The notes beneath the pieces are model-generated. The model was not told the origin of the DNA, did not search any database, and saw nothing but the letters and a program-made list of their open reading frames with translations. A program made the translations under genes and the position numbers. Shown one piece after another: positions 63,772-64,000 of a DNA stretch of 64,000 bases; position 1 is the stretch's first letter, and the number at the start of each line of letters is the position of its first letter. This DNA comes from a virus: the IMG/VR virus record IMGVR_UViG_3300045988_121102; one strand, 5' to 3'.

Positions 63772-63941
63772 ACATGTAAGTGTAAACCCTGTAAATCACT
63801 TACCATTTATTTTTTTACCGACCATGAACTTTACCCAACACATCAAACACTTAATGCGACTACACAAAGCTGTTGCAAGTATTTATATATAAACCTCTAG
63901 CCTCTCCATAACGAGATTTATTCTAAGGATTTTTGGTCAAA

Positions 63942-64000
63942 CTGGAGCAGTCAGACTTAAACTGACGACATCTTGATTAAAAGTCAAGCGCTCTAACCAA
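63942..64000 (-). tRNA. tRNA-Lys (anticodon UUU), 5' end truncated by the window edge
   Basis: Part of the D arm, the anticodon loop CTTTTAA, the T arm GTCAG-TTTAAGT-CTGAC and the 3' acceptor strand. Confidence 0.7.

Overview
Almost the whole window is one temperate, siphovirus-like (pro)phage of a low-GC Firmicutes/Clostridia-type host. The host call rests on CW_binding-type repeats, XhlA/XkdX-like genes and an AT-rich sequence with strong GGAGG Shine-Dalgarno (SD) sites. Nearly all genes are on the minus strand.

Layout in minus-strand order:
- 64.0-63.0 kb: phage tRNA cluster (Lys-UUU partial, Leu-CAA, Thr-UGU, Ile-UAU) plus an HU-like gene.
- 62.9-53.3 kb: small genes, large terminase, portal, head morphogenesis protein, scaffold, major capsid and connector.
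- 53.2-49.4 kb: an odd 3.9 kb block of compositionally biased genes.
- 49.4-40.8 kb: head-tail joining genes, major tail protein, G/GT chaperones and tape measure.
- 40.7-35.6 kb: a 5 kb autonomous island.
- 35.5-27.4 kb: distal tail protein, two paralogous S74 tail proteins and fibre genes.
- 27.6-25.3 kb: a recombinase-containing region.
- 25.3-23.4 kb: lysis region.
- 22.8-21.6 kb: CI/Cro-type switch.
- 21.6-0.2 kb: early, recombination, replication and DNA-modification genes.

Most notable findings:
1. A shufflon-like system. A tyrosine recombinase sits between a tail-fibre gene and two silent C-terminal cassettes on the opposite strand that lack start codons. All three are joined in the same codon phase to a short repeated core (TTAAATAGCGACC).
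2. A group I intron of about 294 nt splits the tape-measure gene.
3. An intein with a LAGLIDADG endonuclease and a non-nucleophilic first residue (class-3-like) sits in the terminase P-loop.
4. A nested alternative-frame ORF with its own SD lies inside the C5 methyltransferase gene.
5. A covarying 5'-UTR hairpin motif precedes the capsid, major-tail and distal-tail genes.
6. Two gene islands interrupt the morphogenesis operon.

All functional calls come from motifs read by eye in the supplied translations. No database search was run.
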